Shown: positions 29,026 to 38,709 of the stretch, in pieces | How positions within the stretch are numbered: the first letter of the stretch is position 1 | Layout of the letters: every line of letters starts with the position of its first letter | Position numbers and translations under genes: made by a program | The notes under the pieces: generated by a model | The model's input: only the letters and a program-made list of their open reading frames with translations | Databases searched by the model: none | What the model was told of the DNA's origin: nothing | Assembly: GCA_964503895.1 (NCBI GenBank) | Contig: CAZDCF010000005.1 | Span: 16,972 to 80,971 of the forward strand | Length of the DNA stretch: 64,000 bases | Direction: 5' to 3' | Origin: an uncultured Nitrospiraceae bacterium | GTDB taxonomy: Bacteria; Nitrospirota; Nitrospiria; Nitrospirales; UBA8639

Positions 29026-30588
29026 ATGAATCCAGCTTCCGAGGCTAACCAGGTGCTAACGCAACTCGACAAGAACAGCATAGCCAACAGAGGGATACCC
29101 ATTGAGACCATTGAGCATCAACTCGCCATATTCCGGTGCGGCATTCCATTTACCACTATTACTAGACCATGCACGATCAGTGACGGGATTAATCAGATTT
29201 CCGATTCTGAATTTCCCAAATTAGAGAAAGCGTTCGGGAAAGCACTGGGTTCAGGACGAGTCACAATATTCGTACCTGCCTCAGGGGCAGCATCCCGAAT
29301 GTTTAAATCCCTACTGGCCTATTGTACAGAAGAAACAAGTTCATTACCGCTTCCGCCAGACGAAAAAACCAATTTAGAAAAATTCTTAGATAGGTTACCG
29401 GATTTTGCCTTTTATGAGGACTTAGCAAAAACTCTTGCTATCCAAGGTCACAACGTTGAAGACCTCATCGCCAAAGAGAATTTTAAGCCAATACTTGAAA
29501 CGTTACTTCATCCAACTGGACTCAACTATGCTAGACGGCCTAAGAGCCTCATTGCATTTCACCGATACGCAAACCATAACCGAACTCCAATAGAAGAACA
29601 TCTGCTAGAAGCAGCAGCTTACGCAAAAGCTGCTAATAATGCAGCCTACGTGCATTTCACGATTTTGCCAAAACATGTGAAGGCCGTTCAAGAACTTATT
29701 CAATCCGCCAGACAACGATTCGCACAAGATGACATCAATTGGGTCGTCACCTTCTCACCACAAAAGACTTCGAGCGACGCCATAGCCGTTGATATGGATA
29801 ATCAACCATTTCGAGATCAAGAGGGAAATCTTCTTTTTCGTCCTGGAGGCCATGGGGCGCTCATTTCAAACCTGAGTGATCTACAGGGAGACCTTATCTT
29901 TATAAAAAATATTGACAATGTGGCCCATGATCATCTGAAAGAAAAAACCTACATTTACAAACGGGCCTTAGGTGGTTACTTGGTTTCAATTCAACAAACA
30001 CTCTTCGAGCATCTCCATCAACTCGAAGAAGAAATTCTGACGACTGTGAAACTCGATAATATGGTTCAATGGGCAGAATACGCTTTACATTTTATGATTC
30101 CACAAAATTGGAAAGGGTGGGATCTCAAACGCCGCGCTGATTATCTCGGAAAATTTTTCCATCGCCCAATTCGGGTATGCGGCATGGTGAAAAATACCGG
30201 AGACCCTGGCGGTAGTCCGTTCTGGGTTCGACATGACGATGGGACAACTTCTATTCAAATCGTTGAATCCTCACAAGTTGATCTGAACTCCACAGAACAG
30301 CAACGCATCTTTACCTCCTCGACACACTTTAATCCCGTGGATATGGTGTGCGGGGTACGTGACTATAAAGGAAATTCTTTCGACCTAAGTCAATACATTG
30401 ACTTTAATACCGGGTTTATATCTCAAAAATCATATAAAGGTCGAGAATTAAAAGCACTTGAACTCCCAGGACTCTGGAATGGAGCCATGGCTAAGTGGCA
30501 CACCATTTTAGTAGAGGTCCCGCAATCCACCTTTAACCCTGTAAAAACAGTCATTGATCTTCTCTTGCCAGCACATCAACCACAATAA
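29026..30588 (+). CDS. DUF4301 family protein (nucleotidyltransferase-like)
   Basis: FVPASGAASRMFK, FRPGGHGALI, KNIDNV, RPIRVCGMV, HFNPVD, LPGLWNGAM, FNPVKTV. Confidence 0.88.
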   Translation: MNPASEANQVLTQLDKNSIANRGIPIETIEHQLAIFRCGIPFTTITRPCTISDGINQISDSEFPKLEKAFGKALGSGRVTIFVPASGAASRMFKSLLAYCTEETSSLPLPPDEKTNLEKFLDRLPDFAFYEDLAKTLAIQGHNVEDLIAKENFKPILETLLHPTGLNYARRPKSLIAFHRYANHNRTPIEEHLLEAAAYAKAANNAAYVHFTILPKHVKAVQELIQSARQRFAQDDINWVVTFSPQKTSSDAIAVDMDNQPFRDQEGNLLFRPGGHGALISNLSDLQGDLIFIKNIDNVAHDHLKEKTYIYKRALGGYLVSIQQTLFEHLHQLEEEILTTVKLDNMVQWAEYALHFMIPQNWKGWDLKRRADYLGKFFHRPIRVCGMVKNTGDPGGSPFWVRHDDGTTSIQIVESSQVDLNSTEQQRIFTSSTHFNPVDMVCGVRDYKGNSFDLSQYIDFNTGFISQKSYKGRELKALELPGLWNGAMAKWHTILVEVPQSTFNPVKTVIDLLLPAHQPQ

Positions 30589-30717
30589 TGGGAATTAAGA
30601 AGTTTTCTTGCAGCAAAATGCAAACAGTCTCATAATAAATCTTTGAGATTTGAATAGACTGAATTAAATTTCAAGATAAACTTATACAACAGTTTTACAC
30701 ATTCGAGAGGACCATCC

Positions 30718-32601
30718 ATGGCAGAAAAAATCGAAACTTTGTTAAAAACTTCGACCGTCTATCACCCAACCGAGAAGACATTAAAAGAAGCGCACATCAA
30801 AGATTACGAGACTGCATACAAAGAATCCATTGCCGATCCGGAAAAATTTTGGGAAGGCGTGGCCACAGAACTAGAATGGTTCTCTCCCTGGAAGCAAGTG
30901 CTAGAATGGAAATATCCTTGGGCCAAATGGTTTCTCGATGCCAAGTGCAACATCTCTTATAACTGCCTAGATCGCCACGTAAAAAGTTGGCGCAAAAATA
31001 AAGTCGCTGTCATCTGGATTGGTGAACAGGGAGAAGAACGTTTCTTCACCTATGCCGAGCTCCATCGACAAGTAAATAAATGCGCAAATGCCTTGAAAGC
31101 CATTGGATTAAAGAAGGGAGATGTGGTTACCATTTACCTACCAAAAATTCCCGAGCAAATCGTGGCTATGCTCGCCTGCGCCAGAATAGGGGTGATTCAC
31201 TCTGTGGTATACTCCGGATTCAGTGCACCGGCACTCGAATCCCGCATCAAGGACGCGGATGCCAAACTAATCATCACAGCTGACTATGGATATGATCGCG
31301 GGAAAAATATTGATCTGAAAAAAGTTGTAGATGAAGCCATAGCCAATTGCCCGAGCATCCAAAAATCCATTGTAGTACGCCGTGAAAAACCAGGCATTGC
31401 CCTAAAAGACAAGGACCTCGATTGGAACGAATGGTTGGAAGAACAATCTACCCAATGTGAAGCCGAACAACTCGACGCCGAAACACCACTATACTTTCTC
31501 TATACCTCAGGTACCACTGGCAAACCAAAAGGTGTGGTTCATGTACATGGCGGATACATGGTTGGCACGTACATCACCGCCAAATATGTCTTCGACCTCA
31601 AGGACGAAGACGTCTATTTTTGCGTAGCTGACCCAGGTTGGGTTACAGGCCATAGTTATATTGTTTATGGTCCCCTCCTAAACGGCGCCACCATCCTCAC
31701 CGCTGAGGGTAAACCCGACTATCCCAATCCCGGTCGATGGTGGGATCTTATTTCTAAATATGGCGTATCCATTTTTTATACCACCCCGACAGCGATTCGC
31801 TTACTCATGAAGTATGGTGAAGACTGGCCAAAAAAATATGACCTCTCTTCCTTGCGCATACTAGGATCAGTCGGCGAACCTATTAATCCAGAAGCTTGGG
31901 AGTGGTTTCATCGAGTTACCGGTAGCAACAAACCTATTATGGATACTTGGTGGCAAACAGAAACTGGCGCGATCCTCGTGACACCACTTCCATGTGTTCC
32001 TCTCAAACCAGGTTCAGCTACTAGACCTTTCTTTGGAATCGAAGCAGACGTGGTGGATAAGGAAGGAAACAGTATTAGCACCGGAGGCGGATTCGCAGTC
32101 ATCAAAAAACCGTGGCCCTCCATGATGCGCACAATCCATAAAGACCCCGATCGATACTTAGGCTATTGGAATAATATCCCCGGTTGCTATACCGCTGGCG
32201 ATGTCTGTCATAAAGATGAAGACGGATATTTCTGGTTCATGGGCCGCGCAGACGACGTGCTGAAAGTCGCGGGAAATAGAATCGGCACAGCTGAAGTGGA
32301 AAGCGCTTTAGTGAGTCATAACGCGGTGGTCGAAGCCGCCGTCATTGGCAAACCTCACAAAACCGCTGGGGAAATGATCAAAGCCTTTGTAATCTTAAAG
32401 CAAGGCCAAACCGAAAGTTCGGAATTGACCAAAGACCTCAAAGCCCATGTCCAAACGGAGCTAGGAAAAATCGCAGTCCCTCGAGAGATCGAAATAGTAA
32501 CGTCCCTCCCAAAAACACGCTCCGGAAAGATCATGCGCCGTGTACTAAAAGCCAAAGAACTCGGACAAGACCCAGGAGATATTTCAACGCTTGAAGAATA
32601 A
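30718..32601 (+). CDS. acs: Acetyl-CoA synthetase
   Basis: YTSGTTGKPKG, DTWWQTETG, GRADD, LPKTRSGKIMRR. Confidence 0.96.
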   Translation: MAEKIETLLKTSTVYHPTEKTLKEAHIKDYETAYKESIADPEKFWEGVATELEWFSPWKQVLEWKYPWAKWFLDAKCNISYNCLDRHVKSWRKNKVAVIWIGEQGEERFFTYAELHRQVNKCANALKAIGLKKGDVVTIYLPKIPEQIVAMLACARIGVIHSVVYSGFSAPALESRIKDADAKLIITADYGYDRGKNIDLKKVVDEAIANCPSIQKSIVVRREKPGIALKDKDLDWNEWLEEQSTQCEAEQLDAETPLYFLYTSGTTGKPKGVVHVHGGYMVGTYITAKYVFDLKDEDVYFCVADPGWVTGHSYIVYGPLLNGATILTAEGKPDYPNPGRWWDLISKYGVSIFYTTPTAIRLLMKYGEDWPKKYDLSSLRILGSVGEPINPEAWEWFHRVTGSNKPIMDTWWQTETGAILVTPLPCVPLKPGSATRPFFGIEADVVDKEGNSISTGGGFAVIKKPWPSMMRTIHKDPDRYLGYWNNIPGCYTAGDVCHKDEDGYFWFMGRADDVLKVAGNRIGTAEVESALVSHNAVVEAAVIGKPHKTAGEMIKAFVILKQGQTESSELTKDLKAHVQTELGKIAVPREIEIVTSLPKTRSGKIMRRVLKAKELGQDPGDISTLEE

Positions 32602-32609
32602 AACCTAGC

Positions 32610-32652
32610 AAAAAGAGCGCGCAGCCTCTGGAAATCTTGCTCGCTCTTTTCT
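32610..32652 (+). terminator. Intrinsic terminator after acs
   Basis: AAAAGAGCG(C)GCA ... TGC(T)CGCTCTTTT stem with one mismatch. Confidence 0.65.
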
Positions 32653-32835
32653 ACCTTAAAGCGACTCTACCCATTCCTAGTCATTAAGAACGAAAGGCCT
32701 TTAAGCCTGAAGCATGAAAGAACCAGGTGTATCCACACAACGGATAATCTGGACAGCCATACAAAAGCGCGAAAGGAGCGACCCACTAATCGATAGTTTA
32801 CCCGCTTCGTACTGAACAATGGAAAGAAAGACAGA

Positions 32836-32985
32836 CTAGTGGTTCTTCCCCATGGATTCGCAGGTAACCAAGGTAGCGCAACTCCATTCATAAAATTGCA
32901 CAATCAGCCACAGAACCAGTGGAATGGCCAAGGCAATTAGCATGGCAAAAAGTAAAACTCGGACTGGAATGGAAAGTTTATTCAT
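32836..32985 (-). CDS. Putative small membrane protein (49 aa), missed by ORF track
   Basis: MNKLSIPVRVLLFAMLIALAIPLVLWLIVQFYEWSCATLVTCESMGKNH*; one TM helix; no clear SD. Confidence 0.45.
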   Translation of the reverse strand: MNKLSIPVRVLLFAMLIALAIPLVLWLIVQFYEWSCATLVTCESMGKNH

Positions 32986-33090
32986 AGGGGGGCGCAAACT
33001 TAAAACTACAAAAAAATGTTAAAATCTCGTAGCAGCTATAATAAACTACGTTTCTATAAAGTAATCATGTTCAATCACCGATATCCACTT

Positions 33091-33693
33091 TTAGAGAAGT
33101 TGCCCAGAATTTTGCACGAACCTTTCGACATATTTTCCAATAAGGTCAGACTCCAAATTAACAAAATCGCCTGGTCGCCTCAGTCCCAAAGTGGTTATCT
33201 TGGCTGTATGGGGAATGATCGACACCGCCACGGATTTTTCCGAAACCTGATTAATCGTTAGGCTTACACCATCGATGGCAATTGAGCCTTTTTGAATACA
33301 ATATCGAACAATCGATTCCGGTACATCAAACGTCAGAATGATAGAGTTGCCATCTTGTTGCCGATCTCGCAATGTACCGATCCCATCTGCATGCCCGGAA
33401 ACCAAATGGCCACCAATGCGTTCATTCAACTTAGTTGCACGTTCGAGATTTACGACTGCTCCAGCGGCAAGACTTCCAATACTCGTTACATTCAAGGTCT
33501 CAGCAGAAACATCTACAACAAAATCTCGCTCATAGACTTCAGCCGCGGTTAAACACACACCAGAGACACTAACACTTTCACCGATTTTGAGATCATCTAA
33601 TATTGTCTCCGCTAGAATTGAAAGCCGAGCTCCATCAAAATTTCGGTCAAAGGTTTTGACCACACCCATTTCTTCCACAATACCACTAAACAT
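33091..33693 (-). CDS. ribE: Riboflavin synthase (alpha chain; ribC in E. coli naming)
   Basis: MFSGIVE, GVCLT, VNLERA, GGHLVSGH, KGSIAIDGVSLT, VNLESD. Confidence 0.96.
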   Translation of the reverse strand: MFSGIVEEMGVVKTFDRNFDGARLSILAETILDDLKIGESVSVSGVCLTAAEVYERDFVVDVSAETLNVTSIGSLAAGAVVNLERATKLNERIGGHLVSGHADGIGTLRDRQQDGNSIILTFDVPESIVRYCIQKGSIAIDGVSLTINQVSEKSVAVSIIPHTAKITTLGLRRPGDFVNLESDLIGKYVERFVQNSGQLL

Positions 33694-33826
33694 CCTTATG
33701 ATCCTTTTTATCGTTATCTATAAAGACCATCTTCACTACCCAAACAAATACCAAGATTAATACTATCACTCCACTAGCAGCGAGGGCTCCAATTACCACA
33801 TCGCTTGTGGTCATTACCTCTTTCAT
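33686..33826 (-). CDS. Small single-TM protein (46 aa) overlapping the ribE start, missed by ORF track
   Basis: GGGAGG SD then MKEVMTTSDVVIGALAASGVIVLILVFVWVVKMVFIDNDKKDHKDV*; stop overlaps ribE by 8 nt. Confidence 0.6.
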   Translation of the reverse strand: MKEVMTTSDVVIGALAASGVIVLILVFVWVVKMVFIDNDKKDHKDV

Positions 33827-33880
33827 TTTCGATTTTTCCTCCCTTTATATCCCACGGCATCACGCTGACTTCATCGCTGT

Positions 33881-35062
33881 TTAACGAAACTTAATGGCCC
33901 AAAAACCCCAGGCCGCCAGGAACTGAAGTGCGCCAATCAGCGTGAACGCCCCAGTATAACTGATTGTGGCAACAAGCACACCCGCCAAAATCGGACCACT
34001 TGCATGCCCAATATCCATAATTGTTCCGCGTAGCCCCATACCGGCACCGACATTGTCTGGGGCAGCAAGATCTGCAATTAACGCAGCAGATGAAGCGGTA
34101 ATCACTGACTCTCCAAACCCAAAACCAGCAGCCAAGAATAATAGGGAAAGAAATTTGGTGACATGCGGAATACCCATGATCGTCATTCCGCAAACCACCA
34201 AGCCAAGAATAATTAATGGCCGCCGCCCAAATTTATCCGACACTCGCCCCATCATTGGCTTCGAAAGAAAAGAAATAAAACCCTGAATACCAAACAAGAG
34301 GCCACTTTCGGCCAGACTCAGCCCAATTGAAAGTCCGTATAATGGCAGGAACGCCATAAGTAAACCCTTCGCCATCATTTTTGCGGCTTCCGCCACGCTT
34401 GTGGCAAGCATTTGCGTATGCCCTATCACTGCTTTCAAACCTTGTCGCAAGTTGTCCCAAATTTTTTCGGTCTTTACCTGGGGAAAAGGAATTTCTTCTG
34501 GGTACAAAAATAAAATGGTCACATACAAGCTCAGAGCCAACAATCCAAAACCACCCCCAGCAAGAAAGGTCTGCGAAAATCCTGCTGCATCCACCAACCA
34601 TCCACCGAACATCGGCCCCAGTAACATACCCGCCTGTGCCGAAGAGTGGTACCACCCCAGTGCTGCACCGCGATTCAGGGGAAACATTGAAGCCACTGAT
34701 GCTAGAGCCAATGGAGTAAACACGGCTGTAGCTAAACCATGAATAAGGCGTAACCCCGCCAATATCTCCAAATCAGTAACTAATGGATAGGCAAACGGAG
34801 GAAGAGCAAAAGCCAGAACCCCCACTAACATCAATCGACGACGACTCACAATATCTGAGAGTGCCCCTATTGGCAGTTTTAGAAAGATTCCAGTAAGCGT
34901 GGAGGCCGCGACAATAAATCCCACGACCACAGGACCTGCACCCAAAGATTCAGCAAACGGCGCTAACGCCGGCATACGAACCAGGTTATAACTGAGGAAC
35001 GAGCAGAACCCGACCCCACACAAGATCAGAAAAACTGGGTTGAATCTCATCATGAGAGCCAA
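33881..35062 (-). CDS. MFS transporter
   Basis: About 12 TM helices; GALSDIVSRR and GRVSDKFGRR motif A. Confidence 0.92.
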   Translation of the reverse strand: MALMMRFNPVFLILCGVGFCSFLSYNLVRMPALAPFAESLGAGPVVVGFIVAASTLTGIFLKLPIGALSDIVSRRRLMLVGVLAFALPPFAYPLVTDLEILAGLRLIHGLATAVFTPLALASVASMFPLNRGAALGWYHSSAQAGMLLGPMFGGWLVDAAGFSQTFLAGGGFGLLALSLYVTILFLYPEEIPFPQVKTEKIWDNLRQGLKAVIGHTQMLATSVAEAAKMMAKGLLMAFLPLYGLSIGLSLAESGLLFGIQGFISFLSKPMMGRVSDKFGRRPLIILGLVVCGMTIMGIPHVTKFLSLLFLAAGFGFGESVITASSAALIADLAAPDNVGAGMGLRGTIMDIGHASGPILAGVLVATISYTGAFTLIGALQFLAAWGFWAIKFR

Positions 35063-35217
35063 AATTCAGGAATTCTTGGCAAACCTACAAAATTTCGCCT
35101 GATAGAAATTTTCATTTTTTTTAAGACTGAAATGAATCGGCAGGAGCAAATAACGGCTAATCGAAATTCAAATCACCATCAAGCTTTAAAAAAGGAGAAT
35201 GATGTTTTCTAATAAAG

Positions 35218-35247
35218 ACGCTAGCACTGGACCAAAAAACCTGTCAA
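35218..35247 (-). promoter_or_regulatory. sigma70-type promoter of the MFS gene
   Basis: TTGACA-18nt-TAGCGT. Confidence 0.45.
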
Positions 35248-35300
35248 ACCCATTCATGTTTGTACTTCCTTTCAAATATTGTTAATATTTTCCCTCATTC

Positions 35301-37160
35301 ATGCCTCCTGCAATTCACCCAGTTGATCTCATTCAAGTCCTCCGGCATAAACACCTTACCCCGGCCATTATCTTTCTTACCTCCAGACGGGCTTGCGACG
35401 AAGCCCTCGATAGTTTCGAGTATCGCCATGTTCCTCTTCCTCCAAAAAGGACAGCCGCCCTAAAGAAGGTATTAGCGCCCATCATTGAAGAATTCCCTAG
35501 TATCGCACATCACCCGTTTATTCCCATGGTAGAACAATATGGCGTAGCTGCCCATCATGCCGGCCACCTCCCATCTTGGAAAATTGCCGTAGAAGAACTC
35601 ATGCGCAAAGGCTGCCTTGATGCAGTCTTTGCCACCACTACCCTAGCAGCAGGAGTAGACTTTCCCGCAAGAACCGTAGTCATCACACAATCAAGTGTAC
35701 GGAAAGCGCGAGACTTTATGGAGTTATCGGTAAGTGAAATTCAACAACTCGCCGGAAGGGGGGGGCGGCGAGGAAAAGATTTTGTCGGCTTTGTGGTAGT
35801 TACACCTTCACCATACATCGATATCAGCCACATCGCCAAAGGATTAACGGGAAATCCAGAAGCCATCGATAGTCAGTTTGTGGTTTCGTATCCTATGGTG
35901 CTGAATTTATTGAAAGCCCATTCCATTGAGCACATTCAACCAATCCTGGAAAAAAGTTTTTCCCAATTTCAGCTCAACCAACGCGCCGATAGCTTAGAGT
36001 CAAAACTCGATGGATCGGAACAACAGTTAATCAAATTTGGCCAACGAGAATGCACGGATTGGATCACACAATGGCAATCTTTCGAATTGGCTAAACGCCG
36101 GCGGTCACAGCGACATTTCAAAGTCCGTCACGAACCGCCCGAGGTCAATGCCCGCCTGGCCTTTATGACCCCAGGACGGGTCATAGGACTAACTCGTGAA
36201 AAGGCGATTGTGCTTCGACAATATCGGACCCGCGGCCAAGCACATGCCATGTTAACCGTGCTCCGTAGCCGAGGACGCATTCTCGAATATCCCGCAGGTT
36301 CAGTGACAGAAGTATTTGACCAGGTATTAGATATAGTGGAAACGCGATCGTTTCCCTGGTGTAATACAGGAAGTTTGGACCATGCTATTCAAGAACTCGA
36401 CAGATTACCAACTCGATTACGCCATTTGCCTATCCGTGTAGAAGAGGATACGTCGGAAAATCCTATCCTCGCGGAAACCTTACGTGATGAATTTCCCTGT
36501 CCCACATGCCCTTCACAGCATGCCTGTCGAAAAGATCATCCACGAGCCTTGCGGTTACGACAAGAGAGCCATCGACTCACAAAGACCATTCACACACTGC
36601 GAACCGAATTATGGCACCGCTTTCAACAACATATCGAAATCTTGCAAAAGTTTGGGTACCTCACCACAACATGTCAGCTGACCTCAGATGGCGAATGGGC
36701 AAGACTTATTCGAATCAATCACTCTTTGCTCATTACAGAACTCATTCGCATGGATGCATTTACAGGTACTGAACCCGCTATCCTTACCGGAGTACTTGCC
36801 AGCATTTCCCACGATGACGATCGTCCCGGCGCCTTTCCACGGCGAAGTTCTGCCCTGGGTAACGTTTTAAGAAAAGTCCAAACCGTAGCTCATTCACTTG
36901 AGGCATACGAAGATTCTCCGCTTCTTCGTTCAGACGTTGCCTCAATCGCTGAAATGTGGGTGGCGGAACCTCATTTGCCGTGGAGTCAATTAATTCGGAT
37001 GACTACCATGGCGGAGGGAGATATATATCGATTACTCGCTCGCACATTGGAATATTTATCACAACTATACAGTTTAAAGGCCACTCACCCAGGCCTAGCC
37101 AATATTGCTGATCAGGCCATGGAAACCATACGCCGCGATGTACTTGAGGAACTACCATAA
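35301..37160 (+). CDS. Ski2/HelY-like helicase, C-terminal half (RecA2, insertion, DSHCT-like)
   Basis: PAIIFLTSRRACD (IV), HHAG, ATTTLAAGVDFPAR (V), QLAGRGGRRG (VI); no Walker A or motif II. Confidence 0.88.
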   Translation: MPPAIHPVDLIQVLRHKHLTPAIIFLTSRRACDEALDSFEYRHVPLPPKRTAALKKVLAPIIEEFPSIAHHPFIPMVEQYGVAAHHAGHLPSWKIAVEELMRKGCLDAVFATTTLAAGVDFPARTVVITQSSVRKARDFMELSVSEIQQLAGRGGRRGKDFVGFVVVTPSPYIDISHIAKGLTGNPEAIDSQFVVSYPMVLNLLKAHSIEHIQPILEKSFSQFQLNQRADSLESKLDGSEQQLIKFGQRECTDWITQWQSFELAKRRRSQRHFKVRHEPPEVNARLAFMTPGRVIGLTREKAIVLRQYRTRGQAHAMLTVLRSRGRILEYPAGSVTEVFDQVLDIVETRSFPWCNTGSLDHAIQELDRLPTRLRHLPIRVEEDTSENPILAETLRDEFPCPTCPSQHACRKDHPRALRLRQESHRLTKTIHTLRTELWHRFQQHIEILQKFGYLTTTCQLTSDGEWARLIRINHSLLITELIRMDAFTGTEPAILTGVLASISHDDDRPGAFPRRSSALGNVLRKVQTVAHSLEAYEDSPLLRSDVASIAEMWVAEPHLPWSQLIRMTTMAEGDIYRLLARTLEYLSQLYSLKATHPGLANIADQAMETIRRDVLEELP

Positions 37161-37216
37161 TCCCAAATTCCTCGCTTTTGTTAGGGGAAGTAGTTAAGAA
37201 CAAATAGACAAATGCT

Positions 37217-38284
37217 ATGAATAACGACGAACTAACACAACGGCTCTACGATCAACCTGTTAGCCTACTGCATCGATTAGCCAAAGGTCGTGTAGCTCGT
37301 CACTTTCGAATGGGGAAGCCTCGAATCATTCAATGCCTACTAGAACTTTCTCAAGAAAAACGCAGTCGACTCATCGTTGAATTGGAAAACTTGATTGATG
37401 CTACCGCCCATACTGAACCAATTGATAAGCGGTCCACACAGCCAAAACCCAAGGAGCAAAAAACAAAAACTAGCCCGCCGAAAAAATTTAAACCACGGAC
37501 CCCCGAGCCCCCGTCGAAACCAGCCATCACTGCCTCAGAATTATTGGAAGGGATTGGCGTTCCTTCACCAAAGGAATTTAAACCAGACTTATGGCAAAAA
37601 GAAGCGATCGATCATTTAGCCACGAGTGATGTAATTGTGAGCGTACCCACCGGGAGCGGAAAAACTTACGTGGCGATAGAAGCTATGCGGCGTACCATCA
37701 ACGAAGACCGAACCATCATCTACACTTCCCCACTTAAAGCATTATCAAACACTAAACTCACAGAATTTTCCCATATCTTCGGCGCAAAAAAAGTCGGTAT
37801 TCTCACAGGAGATCGTCGAGACAACCCGCAAGCCCCGATCCTGATCATGACAACAGAGATTCTTCGAAATTTACTCTATGATGCAGCCAGTGGTGAAACC
37901 GATATGCGACTCGATACGTTGGGATTGGTCATCTTAGATGAATCACAGTTCATCGCAGATCCTGAACGCGGGGTAGTCTGGGAAGAAACCATCATCTTTT
38001 GTCCAACGCAATCACGGCTATTATTACTCTCGGCTTCTATCGGAAACCCAGACGAAATTTCTGCCTGGATGAGTTCAATTCGATCAAGACCCTGCCATCT
38101 CATTCACCATCGCGACCGATCCGTTCCGTTAAGGGCAGCTTACCTCGATCCATCAGGCAAACTCTCTCCATTGTTTCACAACAAAGATATCACCCACGGC
38201 AAGGGCTTCACCCTGCACCCAGAAACTAAATACCTCTTCACTCAATACGAAGACCAAACTTTTAGACCTAAGCATCGCAGATAA
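37217..38284 (+). CDS. Ski2/HelY-like helicase, N-terminal half (RecA1) with extra N-terminal helical domain
   Basis: WQKEAI, PTGSGKT (I), SPLKALSN (Ia), TTEILRN (Ib), DESQ (II), SAS (III), RSVPL. Confidence 0.88.
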   Translation: MNNDELTQRLYDQPVSLLHRLAKGRVARHFRMGKPRIIQCLLELSQEKRSRLIVELENLIDATAHTEPIDKRSTQPKPKEQKTKTSPPKKFKPRTPEPPSKPAITASELLEGIGVPSPKEFKPDLWQKEAIDHLATSDVIVSVPTGSGKTYVAIEAMRRTINEDRTIIYTSPLKALSNTKLTEFSHIFGAKKVGILTGDRRDNPQAPILIMTTEILRNLLYDAASGETDMRLDTLGLVILDESQFIADPERGVVWEETIIFCPTQSRLLLLSASIGNPDEISAWMSSIRSRPCHLIHHRDRSVPLRAAYLDPSGKLSPLFHNKDITHGKGFTLHPETKYLFTQYEDQTFRPKHRR

Positions 38285-38344
38285 GTAGTAGAGGTGGAAG
38301 AAAAAAGATTTATTGAGAAATAGGTAAGATGGATTAGTCAAACG

Positions 38345-38698
38345 CTACATTAGACGACGACCTGTCAGTTTCTTTTTTGATTCCGTGTCCTTATTTGGCA
38401 AACAAATTTCGCATTGGCACATCTTTCGAAGATTACCAAAAGTGTATAACCCTGTATCGTGCCCATCGCTCCAAGTAAATTTTAGGGCATAGTGGCCAAC
38501 AGGCTCTATATCTTTGAGCATGATGAGAAGCGGCACATCTTCGTCTTTGAGTTTAAGTTGACCGGTCCACTCATCAGTACAGCCTGCGCAAGGACAATGA
38601 AGACGGAGGTGTCGAATGGGATAGACGCCTTTATGACCATCGCTCCACTTGATACCGAATACACCCTTTCCAATCCAATTCATGTCTTTAGGTTGCAT
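38345..38698 (-). CDS. DUF971 (GBBH-like N-terminal) domain protein
   Basis: IKWSDGH...LRLHCPCAGC...PVGHYAL..TWSDGHDTGLY. Confidence 0.88.
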   Translation of the reverse strand: MQPKDMNWIGKGVFGIKWSDGHKGVYPIRHLRLHCPCAGCTDEWTGQLKLKDEDVPLLIMLKDIEPVGHYALKFTWSDGHDTGLYTFGNLRKMCQCEICLPNKDTESKKKLTGRRLM

Positions 38699-38709
38699 AA
38701 TACCCGTAC

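Noticed and set aside
28823-29029. 68-aa ORF overlapping the DUF4301 start
   Set aside because: GTG start, no SD and no recognisable family; not supportable, though not excluded.
33694-33880. FMN riboswitch upstream of ribE
   Set aside because: No FMN aptamer motifs; the space is occupied by a small ORF.
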